Shown: piece after piece, positions 10,490 to 19,803 of the stretch | Layout: every line of letters begins with the position of its first letter | Numbering within the stretch: position 1 is the stretch's first letter | Origin: Alphaproteobacteria bacterium | GTDB taxonomy: Bacteria; Pseudomonadota; Alphaproteobacteria; Bin95 | NCBI GenBank assembly: GCA_963665325.3 | Contig: CAXXWS020000003.1 | Coordinates: forward strand, 384,001 to 448,000 | Direction: 5' to 3' | DNA: 64,000 nt | Position numbers and translations under genes: made by a program | Notes under the pieces: model-generated | What the model saw: the letters and a program-made list of their open reading frames with translations, nothing else | What the model was told of the DNA's origin: nothing | The model's database searches: none

Positions 10490-10583
10490 CGTCACCCCGG
10501 CCCCCGAGCCGGGGTCCATCTCCCGACCTTTCCGCCGGGTTGCGGCGGCGGGGCTGGGTCCCGGCTCGGGGGCCGGGGTGACG
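10490..10583. repeat. REP/RPE-like palindromic element
   Basis: Perfect 24-bp inverted repeat: cgtcaccccggcccccgagccggg (10490-10513) and its reverse complement (10560-10583). Confidence 0.85.
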
Positions 10584-10646
10584 ATTGCGGACCTGGCCGG
10601 CCATACGGTCCCGTCCGCAAGGACACCGCCCTGAAGCCAGCGGAGA

Positions 10647-11201
10647 ATGCCGGTGAACGCACTGAAGCCACTCGTTCGGGCGATCGACACCGCGAACGAG
10701 CATCTGGGCCGGATCGTGTCCTGGTTCGCCCTCCTCCTGGTGCTGATGCAGTTCGCCGTCGTACTGCTGCGCTATGTGTTCGGGCTCGGTTTCATCCCGA
10801 TGCAGGAATCCGTGCTCTTCATGCACTCCATCCTGTTCCTGGTCGGCGCCGGCTACACGCTGCTGCATGACGGCCATGTCCGCGTCGATATCTTCTACGG
10901 ATCGGCCACGGCGGAGCGCAAGGCGCTGATCGACTGCATCGGCGTGCTCGTCTTCCTGTGGCCGCTCTGCGCCGTGATGACCTGGAAGGGCCTGACCTTT
11001 GTCGGCGCGTCGGTGCGCGTGCTGGAAGGCTCGCCGGAAGGCACCTTCATGCCGTTCTGGCTGCTGAAGTCGCTGCTGCTCGTCTTTCCGCTGGTGCTGT
11101 CGTTCCAGGGCCTTTCCATGCTCCTGCATTCGGTCTTCGTCATGCGCGGGTTGGAGACCCCGGCGGAGCCGGTTCCGGAAGAGCGGGGGCCCGGCGTATG
11201 A
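10647..11201 (+). CDS. dctQ: TRAP transporter small permease
   Basis: GYTLLHDGHVRVDIFY motif; about four TM helices. Confidence 0.92.
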   Translation: MPVNALKPLVRAIDTANEHLGRIVSWFALLLVLMQFAVVLLRYVFGLGFIPMQESVLFMHSILFLVGAGYTLLHDGHVRVDIFYGSATAERKALIDCIGVLVFLWPLCAVMTWKGLTFVGASVRVLEGSPEGTFMPFWLLKSLLLVFPLVLSFQGLSMLLHSVFVMRGLETPAEPVPEERGPGV

Positions 11202-12784
11202 CGATCAACGAATATCTCGTCTGCCTCATGTTCGTCAGCGTCTGCGGCGTGTTGATGGCCGGGTTCCCGGTCGCCTTCACCCTCGCGGGCGTGGCGCTCC
11301 TCTTCGCCGGCATCAGCGCGCTGCTCGGCGCGTTCGACCCGGCCTTCCTCGGCATCTTCCCCAACCGCGTGTTCGGCAACGCCATGATCAGCGAGATCCT
11401 GGTCGCGGTGCCGCTGTTCGTCTTCATGGGCATCATGCTGGAGCGCTCCAAGGTCGCGGAGGAGCTGCTCGACACCATGGGCATGCTGTTCGGCGCGATG
11501 CGCGGCGGGCTCGGCATTTCGGTCTGCGTCGTCGGCGCGCTGCTGGCCGCCTCGACCGGCATTGTCGGCGCGACCGTGGTGACCATGGGCCTGCTCTCGC
11601 TGCCCACGATGCTCCGGCGCGGCTACAGCGCCTCGCTCGCCTGCGGGACGATCTGCGCCTCGGGCACGCTCGGCCAGATCATCCCCCCCTCGCTCGTCCT
11701 CGTCGTGCTGGGCGACCAGATTTCGGACGCCTACCAGGAAGCGCAGCGCAAGCTCGGCAATTTCGCGCCGGACCCGGTGTCGGTCGGCGACCTGTTCGCG
11801 GGGGCCCTGCTTCCCGGCCTGGCACTGGTCGGCATGTACATCCTCTATCAGATATTCATCGCCTGGCTGAGGCCCGAATCCTCCCCGCCGATTCCGCGCG
11901 ACGAGCTGGTGCAGGGCCGGACGAACCGCGAAATCGCCAAGCAGGTCGCCCGCGCCATGGTCGCCCCCGTGGTGCTGATCGTTGCGGTGCTGGGCTCGAT
12001 CCTCGCCGGCATCGCAACGCCGACGGAAGCCGCCGCGGTCGGCGCGATCGGCGCGACGCTCCTCGGTGGCCTCAGGCTGGACCCGGACAAGGGCCTTCCG
12101 ATCTATGCCGCCGCCATCGGCCTTGTGTTCGTGCTCATCCTGACCGGCTTCATGGACTTGCGGGTCTCGCGCGACGACATTCCCGCGTGGGACGGGGTCG
12201 GAATCGCCGCCGCCGTGCTCTGCTGCACCGCGCTGGCATGGGGCATCTGGGTCAGCCTCGCCCGCGTTTATGGCAGCGGCGGCCTGCACGAGGTCATGCG
12301 CAGCACGACGCGCGTCAGCGCCATGGTGTTCGGCATCGTCATCGGCGCACAGCTGTTCTCTTCCGTCTTCCGCGGGCTCGGCGGCGACGATCTCGTGCAC
12401 GGCTTCCTGACCTCCCTGCCCGGCGGGGCGGTGGGCGCCATGTTCTTCGTCATGGCGCTGATGTTCCTTCTGGGCTTCGTGCTCGACTTCATCGAGATCA
12501 CCTTCGTCGTCGTGCCCATCGTGGCGCCGATCCTGCTGCTGATGGACCTGAACCCGGTCTGGCTCGGAATCATGATCGCCCTCAACCTGCAGACATCGTT
12601 CCTGACGCCGCCCTTCGGCTTCGCGCTCTTCTATCTGCGGGGAGTCGCGCCGCCCGAGGTGACGACGGTCCAGATCTACAGGGGCGTTGCGCCCTTCGTC
12701 GCCATCCAGGTCCTGGCGCTGGGTGTGGTCGCCGCCTTTCCGGAACTCACCACCTGGCTGCCCAGGATCGTTTTCGGCTCCTGA
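11198..12784 (+). CDS. dctM: TRAP transporter large permease
   Basis: ASGTLGQIIPPS, ATPTEAAAVGA and NLQTSFLTPPFGFALFYL; ATGA overlap with dctQ. Confidence 0.93.
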   Translation: MTINEYLVCLMFVSVCGVLMAGFPVAFTLAGVALLFAGISALLGAFDPAFLGIFPNRVFGNAMISEILVAVPLFVFMGIMLERSKVAEELLDTMGMLFGAMRGGLGISVCVVGALLAASTGIVGATVVTMGLLSLPTMLRRGYSASLACGTICASGTLGQIIPPSLVLVVLGDQISDAYQEAQRKLGNFAPDPVSVGDLFAGALLPGLALVGMYILYQIFIAWLRPESSPPIPRDELVQGRTNREIAKQVARAMVAPVVLIVAVLGSILAGIATPTEAAAVGAIGATLLGGLRLDPDKGLPIYAAAIGLVFVLILTGFMDLRVSRDDIPAWDGVGIAAAVLCCTALAWGIWVSLARVYGSGGLHEVMRSTTRVSAMVFGIVIGAQLFSSVFRGLGGDDLVHGFLTSLPGGAVGAMFFVMALMFLLGFVLDFIEITFVVVPIVAPILLLMDLNPVWLGIMIALNLQTSFLTPPFGFALFYLRGVAPPEVTTVQIYRGVAPFVAIQVLALGVVAAFPELTTWLPRIVFGS

Positions 12785-12808
12785 CCCTTTGGGACGACCC
12801 TTCATGCT

Positions 12809-12842
12809 CCCCTCCCGCCCGGCGGGAGGGGTTGGGGGAGGG
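12809..12842. repeat. GC-rich hairpin, solitary REP-like unit after dctM
   Basis: cccctcccgcc-c-ggcgggagggg followed by ttgggggaggg, resembling the alphaproteobacterial CCCCTC..GAGGGGxxGGGGGAGGG repeat class. Confidence 0.6.
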
Positions 12843-13190
12843 CCTCTCGTTGGGCTTCGCGCGCCACTTCCGCTGACGCTGGGCGCGTCGGAGGGTTCCG
12901 GGGCGATTGCCTCTTCGACGCCGAGCTGGGGCGTATGGAGCTGGGGCGCGGGACTTGCGGTGTCGTGCGGGACGAGTGAGTCGGACTACGGCGTGGGCAG
13001 CTGCGGCCCATCCCGGACGGGAACGCGCCGCGGGCGTATCTCGGCGTGTAGGTCTCAGGTGAGCGCTGCGAGGGCGGCGCGGCCGGCCCCGAGCACAGTG
13101 TGCGGCTCGATCTCAGGCTCTGGTTTATAATGGTGCCGTCGCGCGCAACGCGGCACTCTTGGGAAGTGAGCCAATGACGGGAGCGGCGCG

Positions 13191-13901
13191 ATGAAGATCG
13201 AGGAGCGGATCGAGGGCGCGGCGGTCGTCATTTCCCCGGCCGGGCGGCTGGACGCGGCCGGCGCGTCCGTTCTGGAAGCCAGGATCGCCGCCGTCGCGAA
13301 GGCCGCCCCCGGCCGCCTGGTGCTGGATTGCCGTGAGGTCGCCTATATCAGCAGCGCCGGGCTCAGGGCACTGCTGCTCGGCGCCAGGGCATGCCTCCAG
13401 ATCGGCTGCGAGTTCTCCGTCGCGGCGCTCAGGCCCGACTGCCGGTCAATCCTGGACGCGACCGGCCTGCTGATGGTGCTCGACTGCCCCGGGACCGTCG
13501 AGGCCGCGCTTGCCGCTCCCGCCGCAGAAAGCTCCCGGGAGGCGGAGCCGGAAGACGGGCGCGGGTTTGCCATTGCGGAACGGCAATTGGAACGGGTGGT
13601 CCTGCTCACGCTGGACGGGCGGCTGGAAGGCAGAAACGCGCCGATACTGACCGAGAGAGTCTTCGCAGCCGTCGGACGCGGCAACGCCCGTGTCGTGCTG
13701 GACTGCGAGGGCATGGGCTATGTGGACAGCAGCGGGATGCGCGCCCTGCTGGTTTCGGCAAAGCTGTGCAACGAGAAGGGCGGGCGGATGGTGCTCGCCG
13801 CCCTCCTGCCGGAATGCCGGTCGATCATCGACATGGGCGGCTTCACCTCCGTCATCGACTATTTCGAAACCCGCGAAGCGGCGCTGACGGCGCTCGCCTG
13901 A
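13191..13901 (+). CDS. Tandem STAS-domain anti-sigma factor antagonist
   Basis: Two repeats: GRLD...LDC..V.YISSAGLRALL and GRLE...LDC..M.YVDSSGMRALL. Confidence 0.88.
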   Translation: MKIEERIEGAAVVISPAGRLDAAGASVLEARIAAVAKAAPGRLVLDCREVAYISSAGLRALLLGARACLQIGCEFSVAALRPDCRSILDATGLLMVLDCPGTVEAALAAPAAESSREAEPEDGRGFAIAERQLERVVLLTLDGRLEGRNAPILTERVFAAVGRGNARVVLDCEGMGYVDSSGMRALLVSAKLCNEKGGRMVLAALLPECRSIIDMGGFTSVIDYFETREAALTALA

Positions 13902-13940
13902 GGCGGGCGAGGGCGGGCAGCCCTGGCGGGCGCGCCTCCT

Positions 13941-14050
13941 CCCCTCATCCTGAGTAGCGACTGCGCCGGCGGGTGCGTATCGAAGGACCGTCCCGCCGCC
14001 GGAAACGCCTCCCTCGATACGCGGCTGGCGCCGCTACTCGGGATGAGGGG
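13941..14050. repeat. REP/BIME-like palindromic element (family copy 1)
   Basis: cccctcatcctgagtagcg pairs with cgctactcgggatgagggg, and gcgtatcgaagg with ccctcgatacgc; lies between convergent genes. Confidence 0.85.
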
Positions 14051-14146
14051 GAAGAGGACCGGGCCGAAGGCAGGGGCTACCCCTGCTATCGGTTCCGATC
14101 GACCGTCGCCGGTATCAGCCGGCTGTGAACGGATACCCGCGCCGGG

Positions 14147-16474
14147 CTACCGCGCCGCCGCCCGGATTGCCCTCCAGAGGCGCTCCGGGGTGGCGGGCAT
14201 CGGCAGGTCGGTTATGCCGAGCGGCGCGAGCGCGTCGAGCAGCGCGCCGGTGAGGCACGCGACCGCGCCGACGGTGCCGGCTTCGCCCGCGCCCTTGACG
14301 CCGAGCGGATTGCGGGGGCTGGGCACGCCGTCGATATCGATCTCGAAGAACGGCGTCCCGTCCGCTCTCGGCATGGCGTAGTCCATGAAGGAGCCGCTCA
14401 ACACCTGGCCGTGCCCGTCCCAGCGCATTTCCTCGAGGACGACCTGGCCCGCGCCGTGAACGATCCCTCCATGCAACTGCCCGTTGAGGAGAAGCGGGTT
14501 GAGAACCGTGCCGACATCCTCGACCGCGACATAGCGCAGGATGCGGACCGCCCCGGTCTCGGGATCGACCTCGACCTCGGCAGCATGGCAGGCGTTCGGG
14601 AAGGTCGGCGCCGGCGGGCGGAACATCGCGAAACCTGAGAGGCCGCTGTCCATGCCGGGCGGCAGCGAGGCCGGCTGGAACGCAAGGCCGGCAACCTCGC
14701 GGATATCGAGCGCCCGGTCGGTTCCGGCGACAACGAACCGGCCGGCTGCGAACTCGATGTCGTCTTCCGCCGCCTCAAGCGCATGGGCGGCGATCGCGCG
14801 CCCCTTGGCGACGATCTTTTCCACCGCGCCCAGGAGCGCGCTGCCGCCGAGGCCCGACACCCGCGACCCGCCGGTGCCGTGGCCGTAGGCCACCATGTCG
14901 GTATCGCCCTGGACGTAGCGGATGGACTCGAATTCGAGCCCGAAGCGCTCCGAAACCAACTGCCTGAACACCGTTTCGTGGCCTTGGCCGTGGGAGTGGG
15001 TGCCCATCAGCACGGTCGCATTGCCCTCGCGGTCGAAGCGGATTTCCCCGCCTTCGTCGGCGCCACCGGCGGATTGCTCCACGGTGTTGGCGATCCCGAG
15101 GCCGCGCAGCCGGCCCGACGCCGCCGCCTTCCTGCGGCGCGCCTCGAAGCCCCGGGCGTCCGCGATGGCCAGCGCCCGGTCCATATTGCGTTCGAACTCG
15201 CCGCAATCGTATTCGTAGGCGAGCGGCGTCCGGTAGGGCATCGCGCCCGGCGGGATCGTGTTCCGGCGGCGCAGTTCCACCCGGTCGATCCCCGTTTCGC
15301 GCGCCGCCTTGTCCACGATCTGCTCGATCAGCGACGTCGCCTCGGGGCGCCCGGCCCCGCGGCACGGGCCCGTCGGGCCGGTATTGGTGAACACGCCGGT
15401 GACCCGGGCATGGATGGCGGGCGTGGTATAGACCCCGGCCACGCCTGAGAGATTGCCGAAGGCCGGGTGCGGGCCGTAATTGGCGAGATAGGCGCCCATA
15501 TTCGCCGTGACGCGCACACGCAGGCCGAGGAACCGGCCGTCCGCGTCGAGCGCGAGTTCCCCGCTCATGACGAAATCCCGGGCCTGTTCCTCGAGGATGC
15601 CGTCGGAGCGCTCGTTCACCCATTTGACGGGACGCCCCAGCTGCCGCGCCGCCCAGAGCACCAGCGCCATCTCGGGGAAGACGGAGGACCGCAATCCGAA
15701 GGACCCGCCCATGTCGGGGCTCACGATCCGGACCCGGCTTTCCGGGACGCCGAGGACCGATTGCGCCAGCCACCCCCGCATGTCATGGGGGAACTGGTTG
15801 CCGGAATAGAGCGTGTAGCGGTCCTCGAAGGCGTTGTATTCGCCGAGCGCGGCGCGCGGCTCCATCGGGTTGATGGCGACGCGGTGCATGGGAAGCTCGA
15901 TGCGGGTGACATGATGAGCGCCGGCGAAGGCCCTGTCGGTCGCCGCCTCGTCGCCCATTTCGACGGCGAAACAGATATTGTCGGGACAGTCCTCCCACAC
16001 CGGCGGCGCGCCTTCCGCCAGGGCGGACAGCGTATCGGCGTTGGCCGGCAGTGGTTCGTATTCGACCTCGATCAGCTCCGCCGCATCGCGCGCACGGTCC
16101 CGCGTATCCGCGACTACGAACGCAACATAGTCGCCGACAAAGGCGACCTTGTCGCGAACCAGGGCGGGGCGCGGAGGCTGGAAGATCGGTTCGCCGTCCG
16201 GCCGCTTGAGTATTCCGGCGTCGACAATGAAACTCGGCATGCCGCCGAGGCCGGCGGCGGCGATGTCCTCGCCGGTGAAGACCGCCAGCACGCCTGGCGC
16301 CCGCCGCGCGGCCTCCGCGTCGATAGACAGGATCCGGGCATGCGCCCGGGGGGTGCGCAGGAGCCACGACCAGGCCTGGCCGGGCAGGTCGATATCGCCG
16401 GTGTAGCGTCCGCCGCCGCAAAGGAACCGCTTGTCTTCCTCGCGCGGCGCCGGTTGTCCGAGTCCGAATTTCAC
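14147..16474 (-). CDS. Xanthine dehydrogenase-family molybdopterin-binding large subunit (CoxL-like)
   Basis: GGSFG, RGAGRPE, SHGQGHET, GQLHGG and KGAGEAG. Confidence 0.93.
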   Translation of the reverse strand: MKFGLGQPAPREEDKRFLCGGGRYTGDIDLPGQAWSWLLRTPRAHARILSIDAEAARRAPGVLAVFTGEDIAAAGLGGMPSFIVDAGILKRPDGEPIFQPPRPALVRDKVAFVGDYVAFVVADTRDRARDAAELIEVEYEPLPANADTLSALAEGAPPVWEDCPDNICFAVEMGDEAATDRAFAGAHHVTRIELPMHRVAINPMEPRAALGEYNAFEDRYTLYSGNQFPHDMRGWLAQSVLGVPESRVRIVSPDMGGSFGLRSSVFPEMALVLWAARQLGRPVKWVNERSDGILEEQARDFVMSGELALDADGRFLGLRVRVTANMGAYLANYGPHPAFGNLSGVAGVYTTPAIHARVTGVFTNTGPTGPCRGAGRPEATSLIEQIVDKAARETGIDRVELRRRNTIPPGAMPYRTPLAYEYDCGEFERNMDRALAIADARGFEARRRKAAASGRLRGLGIANTVEQSAGGADEGGEIRFDREGNATVLMGTHSHGQGHETVFRQLVSERFGLEFESIRYVQGDTDMVAYGHGTGGSRVSGLGGSALLGAVEKIVAKGRAIAAHALEAAEDDIEFAAGRFVVAGTDRALDIREVAGLAFQPASLPPGMDSGLSGFAMFRPPAPTFPNACHAAEVEVDPETGAVRILRYVAVEDVGTVLNPLLLNGQLHGGIVHGAGQVVLEEMRWDGHGQVLSGSFMDYAMPRADGTPFFEIDIDGVPSPRNPLGVKGAGEAGTVGAVACLTGALLDALAPLGITDLPMPATPERLWRAIRAAAR

Positions 16475-16601
16475 GTCGTTGCCATCCCCTGGGCAATTCC
16501 AAATAGGTCACCAGCGCCGCGAGGCCGAGGGTCAGGCTGCGGCGCCAGCGCCGCCAGCCACGGAAACAGCCGCGGCGCCCGCCTCACCCGTCAGGGAACC
16601 T

Positions 16602-16973
16602 CTAGGCACCCCGGTCGCCGGCCGGCGAGGAAACCACGACCTCGGCGTCCATGCTGACCGGGACCTGTATGGACAGCCAGGGGCCTTTCGCGACGGTGGT
16701 CGTGTGGCCCTGGCCGGTGTGGTCCTCCATCAGGCAGAGGTCGCCGGGCCTTATTCTCTGGGTCGTGCCGTCGCCGAACCCCAGCTCCGCCTCTCCATGC
16801 ACGGTGATGACGAACTGGCGGCGGGGGCAATTGTGCCAGCCGGGCATCGGCTCCCGGCGAAACACCAGCTCTTCCCCCTCGATCGTGGCGAAGCTGAACG
16901 TGACCGCTCCGCTCATCTCGAACTCTTCGATATGCGACTGCCCGTCGCTGCCGGAATAGACACGGTATTGCAT
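16602..16973 (-). CDS. Small cupin-fold protein
   Basis: YSGSDGQSH, WHNCPRRQFVI and EDHTGQGH. Confidence 0.8.
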   Translation of the reverse strand: MQYRVYSGSDGQSHIEEFEMSGAVTFSFATIEGEELVFRREPMPGWHNCPRRQFVITVHGEAELGFGDGTTQRIRPGDLCLMEDHTGQGHTTTVAKGPWLSIQVPVSMDAEVVVSSPAGDRGA

Positions 16974-17024
16974 GCTGTAGTCCCCACTCGCTGGCAGGCC
17001 GCCCTTTCGCGGCCGAGGTCGACT

Positions 17025-18266
17025 TCAGGCGGCGGCGAACCGCACCGGCACCGTGCGCGGCCCGCGCACCTGGCCGCCGGCCCAGGTGACCGCGTCGGGG
17101 TCGGCGAGCTCGAATTCGCCGATGCGGTCGAACCATGTGCGGAGCGCCACCTGCATTTCCATGCGCGCGAGGTTGGAGCCGGCGCAGCGGTGGATGCCGA
17201 GGCCGAAGGCCATGTGGCGGTTGCGCTCGCGGTCCAGCACCACCTCGTCGGCGCGCTCAAACGCCTCGGGGTCGCGGTTGGCGCCCGGGAAGTTGAGCAG
17301 CACCCGGTCGCCCTCCTGCATCTCTGCCCCGTCGATCTCAACCGGCTCCGTCACGATGCGGCCCATGGTGACGGGCGCGTAGAAGCGCAGCAGCTCTTCC
17401 ACCGCCGTCGGCAACAGCTCCGGCTCGGTGCGGAGCCGCGCCTGGTCCGCCGGGTGGGTCGCAAAATGCAGCAGCGAGGAGGAAATCGCGCTCCAGGTCG
17501 TGTCGATGCCGGCGATGAGCAGCAGCGAGCACATGCCGAGAATCCGGTAGTCGGTCAGCTTCTCGCCCTCGGCTTCCGATGCGATCAGCATGGAGATCGC
17601 GTCGCCGCGCGGCGTCTCGCGCCGCTCGGTCACCATCTCCTGGAAGAAGGCGCGGATGCGGGTGCGGTATTCCACCATCTGCTCGGGCTCGGTCAGGCCG
17701 AACTCCAGCACACCGCGCACCCAGGTGACGAACTCGTCGGCGCGCGCCGGGTCTATGCCGAGGATATGCGCGATGACGCGCGGCGTGATCTGCTCCGCAT
17801 AGTCCGCCGCCGCGTCCGCCCTGCCCTCCCCGATAAAGCCGTCGATCAGGCCGTTGCAGAGGTCCCGCGTGTAGGGGATGTGCTTCTCGACCGCGTGGGG
17901 GCTGAACAGCGGCATGATGATGCGCCGGTAGGGCCGGTGGCGCGGCGGGTCGGAGGTAATGGGCGGCGTGCGGCTGGTCTCGCCGTGCTTCTCCGTCTCC
18001 GCCTCCAGGATCTCGATCATCTCGGGCGAGGGCGGCACAACCAGCGGCGAGGCGGAAGAAAGCACCGGCACCATTTTCACCATCTTTTGCAGGTGTTCGT
18101 AGCGGGTCGGCAGCCAGGAGCCGCCCCAGCGCTCCGTATGAGCGATCGGGCAGCGCTCGCGCAGTTCCTTCCACACCGGCGCCGGGTCGCGCACATAGTC
18201 CGGGTCGAAAATGTCGTAGTCGCTGGCCCAATCATGGACCGGGCAACGGGCGGGGCTGTCGGTCAT
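17025..18266 (-). CDS. Cytochrome P450 (paralog 2)
   Basis: AGIDTT I-helix, EELLR (ExxR) and FGLGIHRCAG heme ligand motif. Confidence 0.96.
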   Translation of the reverse strand: MTDSPARCPVHDWASDYDIFDPDYVRDPAPVWKELRERCPIAHTERWGGSWLPTRYEHLQKMVKMVPVLSSASPLVVPPSPEMIEILEAETEKHGETSRTPPITSDPPRHRPYRRIIMPLFSPHAVEKHIPYTRDLCNGLIDGFIGEGRADAAADYAEQITPRVIAHILGIDPARADEFVTWVRGVLEFGLTEPEQMVEYRTRIRAFFQEMVTERRETPRGDAISMLIASEAEGEKLTDYRILGMCSLLLIAGIDTTWSAISSSLLHFATHPADQARLRTEPELLPTAVEELLRFYAPVTMGRIVTEPVEIDGAEMQEGDRVLLNFPGANRDPEAFERADEVVLDRERNRHMAFGLGIHRCAGSNLARMEMQVALRTWFDRIGEFELADPDAVTWAGGQVRGPRTVPVRFAAA

Positions 18267-18296
18267 GCGCGCTCTCCCCCCGGCCTCGCGCCCGCG

Positions 18297-19532
18297 TCAG
18301 GCGGCAGAGAAGCGCACCGGCACCGTGCGGGGCCCGCGCACCTGTCCGCCCGCCCAGGTGACCGCATCCGAGTCCGTCAGCTCGAAGGGGCCAATGCGCT
18401 CGAACCAGGTGCGGAGCGCCACCTGCATCTCCATGCGCGCGAGGTTGGAGCCGGCACATCGGTGGATGCCGAGGCCGAAGGCCATGTGCCGGTTGCGCTT
18501 GCGGTCGAGCTGCACCTCGTCGGGCCGGTCGAAGGCCGCCGGGTCGCGGTTGGCGCCCGGGAAGTTGAGCAGCACCTTGTCGCCGGGCTTCATCTCAACG
18601 CCGCCGAACGCCACCGGCTCCATGACCTTACGCCCCATGGTGACGGGCGAATAGAAGCGCAGCATCTCCTCCACCGCCGGCTGCAGAAGCTCTGGCTCCG
18701 CGCGAAGCCGCGCCTGGTCCTCCGGATGCGTCGCAAAATGCAGCAGCGAAGCGGAGATGGAGCTCCAGGTGGTGTCGATGCCGGCCACAAGCAGCAGGAA
18801 ACAGACGCCGACGACCTTGTAGTCGTCCAGCTTCTCGCCCTCGACCTCGGCCTCGATCAGCGTCGAGATCGCGTCGTCGCCGGGGTTCTTGCGTCGCTCG
18901 GTCACCATTTCCTGGAAGAAGTCGCGGATGATGCCGCGATACTTGATGCGCATTTCCGGCCGCGTCTGGCCGAGTTCCAGAATCCCGCGCACCCAGTCCA
19001 CGAAATCGTCCGCGCGCGCCGGGTCGATGCCCAGCACATGCGCGATGACGCGCGGCGTGATCTGCTGCGCATAGTCGGCCGCCGCGTCGGCCCGCCCCGT
19101 CTCGATGAAGCCGTCGATCAGGCTGTTGCAGAGGTCCTGCGTATAGGGGATGTGGCTCTCAACGGCGCGCGGCGAGAAGAAGGGCAGGATCAGCCGCCGG
19201 AAGGGCTGGTGCTCCGGCGGGTCGGCCGTGATCGGCGGGTTCTCGCTGCCATATTTCTTGGCCTCCGCCACCAGCACCTCGCGCAACTCCGGCGAAGGCG
19301 GCACCACGACCGCGGAGCGCGAGGAGAGCGTCGGCACCATCTTGACCAGCTGTTGCAGATCCTCGTAGCGCGTCGGCATCCAGGAACCACCCCAGCGCTC
19401 CGTGTGCGCCATCGGGCAGCGCTCGCGGAGCTCGTCCCAGACCGGCGCGGGATCGCGCACATAGTCCGGGTCGAAAATGTCGTAGTCGCTCGCCCAATCG
19501 TGGACCGGGCAGGTTTCCGGCGCGTCAGTCAT
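18297..19532 (-). CDS. Cytochrome P450 (paralog 1)
   Basis: AGIDTT, EEMLR and FGLGIHRCAG; start MTDAPETCPV aligns with the paralog start. Confidence 0.96.
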   Translation of the reverse strand: MTDAPETCPVHDWASDYDIFDPDYVRDPAPVWDELRERCPMAHTERWGGSWMPTRYEDLQQLVKMVPTLSSRSAVVVPPSPELREVLVAEAKKYGSENPPITADPPEHQPFRRLILPFFSPRAVESHIPYTQDLCNSLIDGFIETGRADAAADYAQQITPRVIAHVLGIDPARADDFVDWVRGILELGQTRPEMRIKYRGIIRDFFQEMVTERRKNPGDDAISTLIEAEVEGEKLDDYKVVGVCFLLLVAGIDTTWSSISASLLHFATHPEDQARLRAEPELLQPAVEEMLRFYSPVTMGRKVMEPVAFGGVEMKPGDKVLLNFPGANRDPAAFDRPDEVQLDRKRNRHMAFGLGIHRCAGSNLARMEMQVALRTWFERIGPFELTDSDAVTWAGGQVRGPRTVPVRFSAA

Positions 19533-19546
19533 AGGCGGATCCCCCT

Positions 19547-19747
19547 TCACTCCTCTTCGACGACCGAAATCGCGAATTCGGGACAATTGTCGATAGCGAG
19601 CCGGGCCTTCTCTTCCAGACCGGGCGGCACGACGCCCTCGTTCAGCGCCTGCGACAGCCCGTAGTCATCGACCTCGAACAGGTCCGGCGCGAGCGCGAAA
19701 CAGCGGTTGTGGCCCTCGCAGAGATCGGGATCGACCTTGATTCTCAC
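19547..19747 (-). CDS. P450-associated ferredoxin (single cluster, CxxHxxC...CP)
   Basis: CEGHNRC...NCPE; directly upstream of the P450s. Confidence 0.92.
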   Translation of the reverse strand: MRIKVDPDLCEGHNRCFALAPDLFEVDDYGLSQALNEGVVPPGLEEKARLAIDNCPEFAISVVEEE

Positions 19748-19803
19748 AGCCCTCGGCGCTCCGCTCGCGTTTCCAGCCTGTCGGGGATGCTAGCACGCCC
19801 TGC

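Noticed and set aside
12850-13130. Short ORFs and a duplicated gagctggggcg in the dctM-STAS spacer
   Set aside because: No coding signature, RNA motif or regular repeat-spacer array; not CRISPR
14147-16474. Call as aerobic CO dehydrogenase (coxL form I)
   Set aside because: Lacks AYRCSFR and has no coxM, coxS or accessory genes nearby
16490-16565. Minus-strand fragment WRRSLTLGLAALVTYLELPRG, faintly like a TctB C-terminus remnant
   Set aside because: Too short, no start codon, and cannot be told from chance without a search
17025-19532. P450 duplication as an assembly artefact
   Set aside because: The copies differ by many synonymous and non-synonymous changes and small indels
16431-19664. 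1077-aa plus-strand ORF, and similar long antisense ORFs (1477-3468, 36573-38891, 44927-48163)
   Set aside because: Shadow ORFs antisense to well-supported genes; expected in high-GC DNA and lacking any protein motifs
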